64,000 bases of DNA, from assembly GCF_022539665.2 (NCBI RefSeq), contig NC_081331.1, positions 12,400,001-12,464,000 of the forward strand, read 5' to 3'. The stretch is from Daphnia carinata. Lineage: Eukaryota. This document shows, piece by piece, positions 39,591 through 52,000 of the stretch (its first letter is position 1; every line of letters begins with the position of its first letter). The notes beneath the pieces are model-generated. The model was not told the DNA's origin, made no database searches, and was given only the letters and a program-made list of their open reading frames with translations. A program made the position numbers and the translations under genes.

Positions 39591-40388
39591 ATGGCTGCCA
39601 CCACAGTCCTAGATTTCGACAAATGGCTCTCGGTCAAGTTAAAATCGTTGAATACCGACGAAAGTATCTTTGGAGACTATATCAAAGGAATTTTGGAAGG
39701 CGAAGAATCTCAAGATGAGAAAATTGAGGCGCTTGAGGGAATCCTGGTCGAAATCTCTCCGGTAACGTGGCTTTTGTCTTTCTCCACAACATCGTTCCAC
39801 ATCCGCTCTATTATGATTTGTATAACAAATTATCGAATGCACAATGCAGACAGACGGCACGACTCAAAACGAGATCTGTCAAGAAATTCTGAAACAATGG
39901 GAGTTGTGTCAGGCCGCTGCTGCTGAAGGCAAATCGAACGAAACGGTGAGAACAGCGGTAGATATACAGATAGCAAAAATCATGGAGCAGCAAGCCCTGT
40001 GTGTCATCCCTCAAAAGAAGGCTTCGGATGAAGAAAGGAAATTGAAACAAACCATCTTGTCCCAATACGCTGAGGTTTGTTAAAATAAAAAATCTGTGAA
40101 TAGTTCATGTAATCTTCAACTCAATGTATTAAGGTGTCTGATGGCGAAGGTGGGTTAGATGATGATGATGCTGGATATGATGATGATGTGGATGATAGAC
40201 TTCTGGCTCGCAACACCAATGCTGAAGATGTCATGAAGTTGGAAAAAATGAAAAAGGAGTCCTTACGCCAGGAGTCACAAAAGAAAAAAGATAAAGATAA
40301 AGAAGATCGCGAAAAGCAAAAGCAGCTGGCAATAGATCGAAAAGAGAAAGAAAAAAAGCGCACCCAGAAGGGAGAAAAGAAACGATGA
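39591..40388 (+). CDS. CCDC43: Coiled-coil domain-containing protein 43
   Basis: Exons 39591-39761, 39850-40074, 40134-40388 give [58 protein letters not shown]-terminal [24 protein letters not shown], matching my recollection of the CCDC43 family pattern. Confidence 0.9.
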
Positions 40389-41550
40389 TATTCAACCTGC
40401 TGTCACGTACACTGGAAGTATCTGCAATCGTTAACGTTTTGTGATTTTCGATGTCTCGTTCAGTGGGGAAATAGCTGACGAAATTAAAGTATGATCCTTA
40501 TAAATTAGAATTGAAACAAGTCCTGAATTATGATATTTACACTTTTTGGTGCTTTTTTCTCTTGCTTCTCAATTCAGCTTTAAAGTCTCTGTGCTGCATT
40601 GACAGAATTTTTCACTCCCCATTTATCTACCGTGATGTCGATTGTCACCTGAATATGTGTACTGACAAAAATAAACACCGTTAAAGTACCTAATCGCGCT
40701 AGGAAACACAATTTTTACATTAGCAATTACAATTTTAAACGTGGTACATCTCGCCATCCAAGTACCGACAATAAACATTCCTTTCGCTCGTTACCTTTCC
40801 CATTGAAGGCAAAGGCGGATGGGCATTCTAGTCCGGCTACTACATGGTATATTAGAATTTACAACTTGTCCCTGTTTTAAGATAGTTTCAATGAATGTTG
40901 TACGTGTGGTCAACTTCAGGGCTTCTCAATTTTCAAGTTACGGGAATGCGTTAGGGTTGTATTTTGTTTGTACATTGTGTGGCTTTATTCGCAGAGGAGG
41001 CTTCTTTCTCTGTCGAGCAAAGTATACCGGCAAGAACTGGTGGCATGCGACTGAGCTCTTCAACGGGGAAATGACGTCGAAGCACTCTTCTGTGTTTTCT
41101 ACCTGTTAAAAGTAAAGGAAGTAAAGAAGGAAAGCCTATAGACATAGTACACGTGTATGATGGCAGCCGAGCAAGAGAATTTTTAATCCAATCATCGTTA
41201 CACACACACTCCTCTTTTATTTTTTCCAAAGGTACGTTATGTGTGTGTGCGTAGCGCAGCAGTTGCGTACGCGATTTATGAGAGGATAGTTCTGGGCGTG
41301 GTGATCGCGACGTAATTCTACATTGTGTTCCAGTGAAAACGAGGGGAAAAGGGTTGCTCGTATATGCCGCAGCAATTTAGTGGAACGGTCAAACAATTTT
41401 TGAAAACGAGCGAGCTAAAATCGTTCATCAAGTTTAGTTTGCTAGTCCCAACGCGTCAACTCGCCGTGGTTTGCTGTTGCAACAGAGTCGAGTTTGTGGC
41501 CGCCGCAACTGGAGAGAAAACGAACGTTCATCATCATAAAACCGGACCCC

Positions 41551-41580
41551 ATGATCATAGACGTCGACGGCGGCAACCAT
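41551..41580 (+). CDS. Candidate short first coding exon (MIIDVDGGNH) of a large downstream gene
   Basis: ATG at 41551, 10 codons, then the consensus donor GTGAGT at 41581 (phase 0). Confidence 0.35.
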
Positions 41581-44500
41581 GTGAGTAAAATTGGCCCCCT
41601 TTTTTTAAGTATTATTATTTCTTTGCCTTATTTTCACTTTACTCGTCACGTGCATTCCACAATCCCGTTGCTTGTCAACGTTGTTGATTTCATTCCGTTT
41701 TAGTTTCATCTTCGGTTGAGCGAACGTGGTTTGGTTACAACCCGTTTACTGATAAAAATGTAGAGTAAAAAAAGGAAGAAGAGCGAGATACTTGCAGATA
41801 CAACAGTTCAAACTAAATTTCATTGGTGAAAGTTGAACGACAAGCGCTTGCCCATCGTTTGTTCTATTTGATTGAAATTGAAGATAAGAAGAAAGGCTAA
41901 CCAGTTCTAGGAGTGCCATCACAAAATAGAAGATGCTATAATGCGTCTAATCTAATTTCAAAGAAACAAAAATTGAACTAGATCGTTGACGACGGTTGCA
42001 TTTCCCTTTTTTAGACAGCGTGAAAGTCGTGACAATTGCCAACTAGAGAATCTTGTCCACCTCAAATGCCGTTAATGTTATTCAGACATCTAGAAATGCC
42101 AAGAGTTGGTGGAATCTTTTTCGGAATACCTTTCAACAGGAGGTACACATCTTTTTGGCGATCCGGCACAGTCCGTCTACGGTGAAAGTCTGCCTCTTTT
42201 CTCTCGGAAACGTCTTTGATGTGCTCCTGTTTTCTCGAATAGCGTGACGTCGTCGCATTTTCGATCGATATGGAGCCTTTCCACGCTCTCGCCGAAATGA
42301 CGTTCTTTCTTCCTGTCTAAAACAATCTGCATGTTTATTCATCACCGTTTGCTGTCCAGGTGAGCTGAATTGAGGGGTGCTGACTCAATCGCGCACGAAC
42401 CAACTACACCCCTGCGCTTCCCCTATTTTCGTCTTCTCTTCCAAACGCATTAATTCAATAAAAGGCTATAACGCCCACAACGCCGTGTCCCACTGCCGTC
42501 CCTGGCTGTGTTTGTTTTTCTTCCGCAATCGATTGGGCTGTCTGTTCCACAGTCTTCCTACCATTGTGGTCTTATAAATCTGCCCACCTTTTACTGTTTC
42601 TTTTGTTTAGCTTTCCTTTTTTTTTTTCAATAGAAATAACAGAGTGGGTTTGGATTTGATCACGAGTTAAAGGGTTTCCCATCAGGATGAGGAACATTGG
42701 CCAATCTGTGTCTTATAGCAAACAGCAGACACACTTGTAACGAAATCGCGTTACACTTTGATCGCTGAGGGGTCATATCGTGAGATAGGCGTGTGCGGAT
42801 GGGCGGTGCGATCATTGGGCACACTCACGCAACTTGCACGGGAATGGGCTGAATCATCATCCAGAACTCGGAGAGAAAAAGAGATGGAGACGGTAATAAA
42901 ATGATGGAAATCAATGAAACCATATCCGCCCTCTTGTGTTATGTCTTTGACGTGTTTTCTCTATCTAGGTTTTTTTTCTTCTTTTCTAGACTTTTTTTTT
43001 GTTCGAAAACAGGACAAAACAGAAAAACCGAAAAACAAATCTATCGTGCTAAGTTGGTGAAAACAAAGAGAAAATAGCGAAACTATAGGGAAAGAAAAAA
43101 AGGTCACGCGAAGGGGGAAAAATATCACCGAACAAATAAGGCAACGCCCACACGACCACCACCGCTGTTGCTTACGCGTTCCCAATTTTTCTGCAACTAG
43201 TATTCCTTTACTAGTTCGTAAAAGTGTGGATTATTCTTCCCTCTTCTTTTGAAAAAAAAAATCTTTCAAAATAAATTACGAAACGCATTTTTACTTTCCT
43301 TGTTATGAAGAAGGGAATAAGAACTTTCCGCATCCGTGGCCTCTTTGACTGAAAAAAAAAAGAGAACAACTTACGTTCATACTATCGAATTGTTGATTTT
43401 TTCTTTTGCGAACTTTTGCCAACTTTTACGTATCGTTCTAGCAATGAACCGGAATCATCAAGGAGTGAAACTCCTTTCGATCGATGGTGACATGTCACGT
43501 CAGAACTTTCGAAAACTTGATGACCGCAGCCAAAAGCCTTATCACCTTTTATTTCTTTCAATTTATATTAAATTATACAATCTTGCCATTTCTAATTGCT
43601 TAACATGAATCCATTTCATGAAGAAAACAAGCAGATGCAAACATAAGGCAAATAAAATGGAAAACAACGCAATAAGCAGGAATCTTCCAATTTCCCCAAA
43701 ACCGAAACCATCCATTTTCTTTTTCTAAATATTTAAATCTATTTCAAAATATTTGGCATTAACAATAAAACCGAGGCGATGAACAGGCTTTGTATCAAGA
43801 TTTACCTACATCTAGCGTATCCAGTAAATATAGTACAAGTAAGAGTAGAAAAAATTCGTGTTTAATGCAACAGTGTCCGTGACTTGTCGCTCCTTTTACT
43901 TCGAAAGAGCTTCATGAAATCACACGCTTTGATTAGATCTCCGTTAGAAAGGTAACTGGTAGCAGCGCATACGTTTTATTTTTTTTTTTTCTTTCTTGTC
44001 GTAATAGACGATCAGCCCTTTTGAACCTCAATTGAATAGATCGTCGAACCGCTGTGCTGCTTTATTTTTCCCCACTGATGGCTGACTGGCCTCCTTTGAT
44101 AACTCTAGCACACACTTTCCGTTTCAAGTGCTACTTTGCTAACAAGCACTGCTCCATTCGCTAACAAAATAAGCCAATCTAACCATCGGCTAATGTAAAT
44201 CGCAATTTATTCAGGGGGGTTTTATTGCTTAACTCCTTCCATAAGGTTCTCGTAAAACGATTTTCAGGCCACATGTCGAAATATCCTTTGTTTTTTTTTC
44301 TTGAAGCAAATCAACCTTGAAGCGCTTTGGCTGTCCAGGTGTCAGCTCGTGTTGCATCCAGCTAGACATGTCGGCGTAAGTCAAGCGTATGGATGTTTGG
44401 AGCGAAAACCGAAACGTCGACAAACATTTGCCGTTTCCCTTGATTATTTTCGTGTTGTATTAGCATTTTGCCGGTTATTCGATCTCATTCTTTTCGGGGC

Positions 44501-45395
44501 GAAACAAATGAACGCGTGCCCCGAACGTGACTATCCTCAATTGCGAACGCCATGCTCGATGTAGCATGTAGAAAATGCAACTGTGTTCTTGTTAACAGTA
44601 TAATCTCCCCGTCCTCCACACCTGGCCAGCCAAGGAACGTTAGATGGCAATAAACCAGAAATAACTTCCCTTTGAATTTGAAATATGACAGGAAGGGGCT
44701 GTGTTAGATGTGATCTCAGACATGAGGCGCTCCGCCGTAGAAGATGACGTCTCTGATGATGGGAAATAACAGAGCACTTTCCACGAACCACTTGAGAATA
44801 TCAAAAGAGTTGGTAGAAGCCCAGTGGATTGACCAACGGCGAGCTGGGATTAGACGGTCGGCACAAAGATGTTCCCCAAGTTCCCACTCACGCACGAGCC
44901 GCACGTGGAAAAAAAAGAATGAGAGAATCGTGTAGATTCAATGGCTGTATGCAGTAGGATGTTGTATACGTCTGCCTCTCTATGGAATTATAACGCATGC
45001 GTGGAACTCGTTTAATGGTGAAGTTCCGTGTTGTATGGTATAGAGACGGTAGTTGTGCGAGCCGCTGCCTCCCTTCATCCGCGCCGGAGGATGGCCCCGC
45101 TATATACATACTAGACGCCACGAGGTAGACATCCGCAGAAAAAGTGTGAGCTCTGGTGGCTATTCGGATCCTTTTCTTTGGTCTCTTGTTACATCCGAGC
45201 GTAGCTACACTACACTACAAACAATTCGATTTGAATCAGGATCCCCCGTGCGTGCATACTCCCAAAACAAATCGATTGAATTTTTTTCTTCTCGCTGTGT
45301 TTCTTCTGTTTTTGTTTTTATTTATTGGCAAACATTTTAGCTGTAATCGTTCGGCGTAAGTCGTGAGCCCTAGTCGTAAGCCCATTGGCTTCTTT

Positions 45396-45422
45396 GTGTG
45401 TCTGTGTGTGTGTGTGTGTGTG
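45396..45422. repeat. (TG)n microsatellite
   Basis: tgtgtgtctgtgtgtgtgtgtgtgtgt seen directly. Confidence 0.9.
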
Positions 45423-45805
45423 TTTGGCTGGATGCGTACAACGTGTGTTGGGATCGCCTGATTTACCGAGTAGATTGCTCTTTCCGAGAAATGATGGAAC
45501 AATTTCCCCAAGAAGATCGTTTCTCTTATTAGAGCGTCCTCATTTCCTAATCTGTCAATTTCAATTTCACCCTGTTGCGACACACAAACAAGAAACTAGC
45601 TAGTGGCTTTTGCTACGTGTGCGAATTGAACACAAGAAAACAAGTGGACGGTCATCCGGTTACACTGGTCGGACCTGATTAGAAACTGTGAACATCGAAG
45701 AGTGGGCCGTGCTGAAAAAAAAACAAACAGTTTAGCTTACACGGTCTTATAATAAAATACAGTTCAAAAAAGAAAAGGGAAAAAATAAAATTTAACGAAA
45801 GAAAG

Positions 45806-46030
45806 ATGGCTATTATCGTTGTAACCGGATCGACTGGAGGAAGCCGTCGGGATCCTTCTATTTCTTCGCTGGCGGCAGGAGACGGCCCAACTTCCGGAGG
45901 AGAGGACCAGCAAGAAAAAGATTCAGGTTGCGATCCGTCTGATCTTTGGATGCTATCTCCATCAGCCGCATCCGTTTTGTGCGGTCATTTGCCCATCACC
46001 AGTGGCCACCATTCTCAACACCACCTCCAG
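45806..46030 (+). CDS. Candidate first coding exon of an unidentified large gene continuing beyond the window
   Basis: 75 protein-like codons (MAIIVVTGSTGGSRRDPSISSLAAGDGPTSGGEDQQEKDSGCDPSDLWMLSPSAASVLCGHLPITSGHHSQHHLQ), GC-richer than flanks, after an A-rich leader (AAAGATGG) and ending at CAG|GTTTGC (phase 0). No domain recognised. Confidence 0.6.
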
Positions 46031-49000
46031 GTTTGCTCCTAACTGCATGACGTCCGTCCTTTTACTATTTATTAGATTACTTCTCTTTCTTTTTTCTTTT
46101 ATTCTTATTGCTCGAATGATTTCGCTGACCGATCGATCCCATCAGAGTTAATGAGCGACAACGACGAGCGATGATTAAAAGCGATGTTGATAAAAGCATT
46201 GGCTATAAATAAAAGCTGTTGACTCACAGGATTTTCATTGATTCCACCATCGTCTCTTCTTTTTTTTTTCTTTTAAAGCAAGAGAGAAAATAAGAAAAAA
46301 AAATCGAGCGGATAGAGATAAAGGAAACTATAAAAGATCGGATTCTTTTCTGCCGTTCCAGAAAAATCGGTGAAACCTTGTTTGGCATGTACGGTGTAGA
46401 GGGGAATAATAACGTGCGCTCGGGTGGCTTGGCCTCTTGTACTTTTGGCAGCCAAAACACCCTCCTCTCTCTCTCAAAAAAAAAGGAAAAATTTCAGCAA
46501 CGAAGACATTTTGTACATGTTCAACAAAAAAAAAAAGGGAAAAGCTGGCCGCCTCCGTTGCTTCTTATTGTTATGATTTATTTTTCCGACGTGCAGATCT
46601 TTTGTTATTATGATGGACTTTTTCTTGGCGTCGTCCTGTTTTTGTTCATCCCTCGGAGACTTAGCAGCATCCACGCACCAATCGTCTTCCTTCCGTCGCC
46701 TTCTTTTTTTTTTTTTTTTTTTTTCACGTGCGATGTCAGAATGGTTTAGCCGATCGATGTGATGGCGACGAGTTCGGGCGGAGCGCTTAACACGACGGCA
46801 GACCCCCAAAAGAAAAAAGTAGTTTCTACGTCCCCACTTCTCTCACTAGAACATATTGGGTTTTCTCTGTCATCGTTCTTCGTCCTTTCTTGACGTCATC
46901 GATCCGTGTTTAGTAGCCCTAAATCTCGAATAGGCAAAGAAGTTTGTTATAAAAAAAAAAATGGTGCAATCGAGACATCGTAGATCGAATGGCGGAAATC
47001 GAAATCTGAAATGATGGGCATCCGCTTTCCATCTGCAATTGTACTGTTCTTCTTTTTGCCGTTCTTTATGAAACGTAGTGACAGCTTGTCCAGGAGACTA
47101 GCAACTTGAATGATCTCCTGGCTTTGACTCTTAATCAGAGCCTGTCTAAGCGGAGAGGAAAGAGACGCATCGTTCATCCGCAACGACGCTCTAATATCGG
47201 GCGTTCATCCAGCCATTTGATTTTAGCTGGCTAAATAAAGAAAATAAAAAAGGGGGGGACCCAACAGGAGCGTTTCATTTCAAGTGTAGGCGGCGGAGGA
47301 AAGGCGTAAGGCAAGCAGATATCCGTCGTTTTCTCTCGCTCTGTCTTTCCGTGCCAATGATTTTATAGTGGGAGCGAAAAGGAAGGAGCGAATAAGACGT
47401 TCGTGCGCGCATCCCAGATGGGGATCCGCAGGAAGGCGTTCTATACATGTAGGACTGATAGAGATGGAGGGGAGGGGAGGGGGAGGTAGGCGCGAACGAC
47501 AGACAGAGAGGGAAGGAAAGACTGGATCAATACCGGTGCTCCAGCGAAACTCTGTGCGTCTAGCAGATCGTTGTTCCATCGCATTTTTTTCTCTCTCCCC
47601 CCCCCCTCCTTATGTACTAGTTTGTACGAACAAATGGCGGCTTAACGTAATAGTAGAAATCCTTGAATTAGTATTGTGAATATTGACCTCGTCCTTCGTT
47701 GATAAACTTCCTGTGTTTCATTATACACACTAAATATAGGTTTTTCTGTCTTTACATTTAAGTGCAGTTTTTAAAAAAATTTTCATGTCCTGCTGCGTTT
47801 ACTCGGCCTGTCCATTATTTCAGAGAAATTCTTTGTGCGTCGTTTCCGCGTGACAACAGCCGGACCGGATGGGACGATATATCCGGAACTTTTGGATTTT
47901 AAAAGGGATGAGAAGGGTAATTTTCGTTTGTTGAACCAACAGGGTTCCCTTTTTTTTTTTCCGTTCGTACTTTTACGCACGATGATGAGTTTCTATCTAA
48001 GGGAGGATCCCGCTCCTATTTATTTAGTGTTACTACCCGAAAAATCCCGGTATTTTCGCCCTCCTCCCCTCTCAGTAAAGCGTGAACGATGTTTGGGAAA
48101 AACAAAGACAATATCCCTATATAGCCTCCCTTTGTTTGTTTGTTTGTTTTTTTCTAAAATTCAGGGGTTTGTTATACGATAGGAAAGTAAAGAGAGTTGC
48201 GTATTTTTTTAGAAAAAAAAGGGTGACAATTTTCAAACGTGGAAATGCAATCCGATGATTTCCGATGGTCATCAAGATGTCAACCCTCCTGCAACAGTAG
48301 ATATGACACGCACACCCTATAATGTAATACAATAGAAACGTACGGGCACTGCTGATTGCGTGCGGTCACACATTTCCGTTTTCCTTTAGAGGGGGGAGAA
48401 TCGTGAATCTAATTTGCATTTGTGTCACCAGCCAGTGGATATACTTGGATAATGGCTGATTGTGTTAGTATACGTCAGTACTCTCTAATCAAAATCTGAA
48501 AAAAAAAACCAAAAAAACTCGAGGACTTGTAACGGGTTAAATACTTTTCGTTGCATAACCAACGCCCAGTGGCGGTACCGGACAAAGACAATTAATTCCT
48601 CCCCACCCAAAAGGCGCTTGCCTTTTTTTTTTTATTTCTAGTAGCTCCTGTGTGCATATATATCTATTTACCGTTAGCTTCTGAATTAAAATAGAAAAAG
48701 AGATAACAAAAAAGGGAAAAAAATCAAAACAGATGGAATCTCGTAATGAGTTCACTTCTACACAAGACAAACGCATAAAGCATATTTATTGTGATAACAA
48801 AAGACTTTGCCGAAGAGAAAATGAGAGAGCGGACATTTTTTGTTATAAATAAGAAAAGAAGAAAAAAACTAGGCTATCCCTACGGGTACGTTTTGCAGAG
48901 CTGATGGAAAGTTTTGCAGAGTTCCTAATAAACCCTAAGCCAAGGCCAGCTCCCGTTTCTTTCTTACGCTCGCTAAAAAAAAAAAGCACCTCCGACTGTG

Positions 49001-52000
49001 CAATGTTCCAAAGTCCAACATTACTTGCTCCGTTCATTTCACGAAAAAAAAAAGATGCGGACATTCTCCACAAAAAATGTGATGGCAGCTTAACAGCAGA
49101 GAAGCCACCAGGAGGTCCGTCGTCCATTCTTCTTGTTTTTTTGTAAACTACGGCCCCATACTTTTGACAGCAGTAGCGTACACTAGTTTGAAGCTCTGCT
49201 ACATGTGTACCTGAGAATGAAACCGCAACTAATGACATAGATCATGAGAACTAAAAAGAAAAAAAAAAAAAAAAGGAAAAGGGAAAGAAAGAACAACAGT
49301 AGAGGACGAGTATGAGAAAATGTCGCATGGCATTCAGGGCCAGTCAGTTTTCTATATCTTTCACTAAGAGCCGAAATGTTCAAAAGCTACTACAGCACCT
49401 ACACACCGTGGGGAAGCGTTTTTTTTTTCCCTTTTTAAATCGTCATGTCCTTGAGCTGTTGACAAACTGTTGATTATATCCAACACGAAACCTTCATCAT
49501 CGTCTTCAATCCGTTACCTGCTGCTGACAATGAAGTTGAGCTTTTGATTCTATTGTGTGTGAAACGTGTGTGACTCCGCGCTGAAGAATTCTATCCACCA
49601 GCCACGCCTCGTTCATCATACTCTCTTGTAGAAATATAGTTTCACTAAAAAGAAAAAAAAAAAAGATGTAGAGAAACCAATATGAATTGAAAAAAAAAAA
49701 AAAAAAATAAACCACAATAGGCGCTTTCGCTGTCTTCCTTCTTGTCGCAGTTTGACTTCACCGTGAGTGAAATCAATGGCTGAAAAAAAAAACAAAGGGA
49801 TTCTCTTGTTCATTTTCGTTTTCTTTCTCTAACTGAAAGAAAGCAAAAGTGGCAGTCCCTATACACACAAAGGCATTCTCTATATTTGAGGTTTTTCTTG
49901 TTGCTCATTTTGTTGTTTCTTTTTTACCGCAGACTATTCTTCTAATTGCTTTCCATTATTGTAACGCATCTATTTACTAATGCAGCCGACTGTGTCGACC
50001 TAAAAAATATCTCGAGCGCGTATACGTTTGGAGTTCCAGTCAATTTATTTGTTAATATATTTTTGAAGTCATTAGCATATTCACTGACAGGCTGCTAAAT
50101 CCCGCATGTAATTGACATTCAGCTCTGAAGTGCTCAACAAGCATTGCAGTCTGACGTTTACACGGATAAACTAGGATGTTAAAATATTGAAAGCGACGTT
50201 TCAACAACAACAAAAAAGATAAACGAGTGAGAGAATGGCTCCAAGCGTGAAAAGAATAGAAGCTCGCGTTTGATTCACGACGAACGGAAGTGAAGATGAG
50301 AGATGAATAATTAACTGTTCTCACTTTGTATATTATTCAGCAATGTTTGTCGCTCTCACAAGATTCTTTCGTGACCATTTCTGAAACGAGAATCATAGTC
50401 TTAAGGGAACTCGCGTTCTACCACCTCAAAGATGGTCCGTGAATACTAATGAGCTCCGTTTCATTCGTCGACGCTGTTTGGCCATTTGCACCGCGTGAAA
50501 CGAGCAGACTGAATTTTCACGATGACCTTTTTTTTTTTTTTTTTAGAAAACATCGAGGCGTTGGCCCAAACTGGACAGGGTCTGAATTCCGATGCGATAT
50601 AAAAGGAAAGGATTTTAAATATATTTAGAAACGTACGCGCTACGTTTTTTTAAAACCTGTGAAACGTAGCACAGAAACGAATGTATAACGAGGATGAATG
50701 AGACGTGCCAGTCTATTGGGGAACGTGTGTGCATATATTTATAATACTGACACGTACCTATTGTTCGTTTGCTCCACTTCTGTCTCCATATTTCGTATTT
50801 TTTATTCTACTAAAAATTTTCACATGCATTGGCATCAAAAGAATCGATTGATGTCACTGTTTTTCTTCCTCACAACTCCCTTTCTAGCACGTCTGCTATG
50901 TGCCGTTGCACACGTGAGATGGAAGCGAAAGAGAGTGTGAAATAGAGAGCAGACATTCGCGGTGTTTTCAGAGCCGGTCGCTTGATTCCGTATCGATAAC
51001 AAACTGCACCAACAAGACCAAAAGATAAGGAAATGAAAATGATGGGGTTTTTAGCTGATCTGCAAATGAAAGTGGCAAAGACGTTCTTTTTTTTTTTGTT
51101 TTTTGTTCTAACCGTCATTTTTCGAAAGGGAGGAGTACATACCTAATTAGCAAACAGGTGTGTTCATCTAATTGTTAATGTATCCCTTTTGCTTTTTATT
51201 CACCATCATCAAACGAGGCAAAAAGATCGGACATCGATACGCCAATTACAGGCGCCAGACACCGTTACCAAGATGGATTCGATTTCTTTTATTTTTCGTG
51301 TGTATTAACCCAACTGTTTACTAGTAGTTTCCGTGCCACCAAGTTCGATAACAAACTTTCACTTCTAAAATCTATCGTCGAAAAATGCGCGATTTTTGTT
51401 TCTGTCACTACGCTACGCTGATTCACCTGATCGCGAATAATCAAGCGAAACGTTACACGTTTTACCTGACCTAACCTTTTCTTTTCTTTTCTCCGCTGTT
51501 TTCTAAATTTTGGAAGATTGGTATATACTTTACACGAGGAGCGAAATAAAACAGCTTTGGCTTGATTCTTCGTAACGTGATAATGATTTCTTTTTTTTTG
51601 CCTTTTTTGTTTTTTTTTAATTTTGAAAATAATCTTCGTCGTATACGCTGCTGCCCTTTAGCTCCTTTTGTTTCGGTTACCTTGCCCTAGTAGTTCGTTT
51701 TTAATGGTACACACCAAACATCATCACACGTTCAACGTTCCGACCTACAACAAACTTCGCATAGGCATTCACTCTCTCACTTTTCATTTTCACGAGCGTC
51801 TTTTTTCGAAGAATATGATGGTCCTATTTTTTAACGACCCGCGTTAGGCTCGATCCTCCAGCAACGAGCGTCAGACCACGTTTGCACGTTTTTCTCTTGG
51901 TCGTAAAAATCTATATGCGGGGAAATAATTTGAGAATATTTATTTTTTTAATTTTTTCTAAATAGTTAACGGTGTTTTTTTTTCTTTTTTTTTTTTAAGT

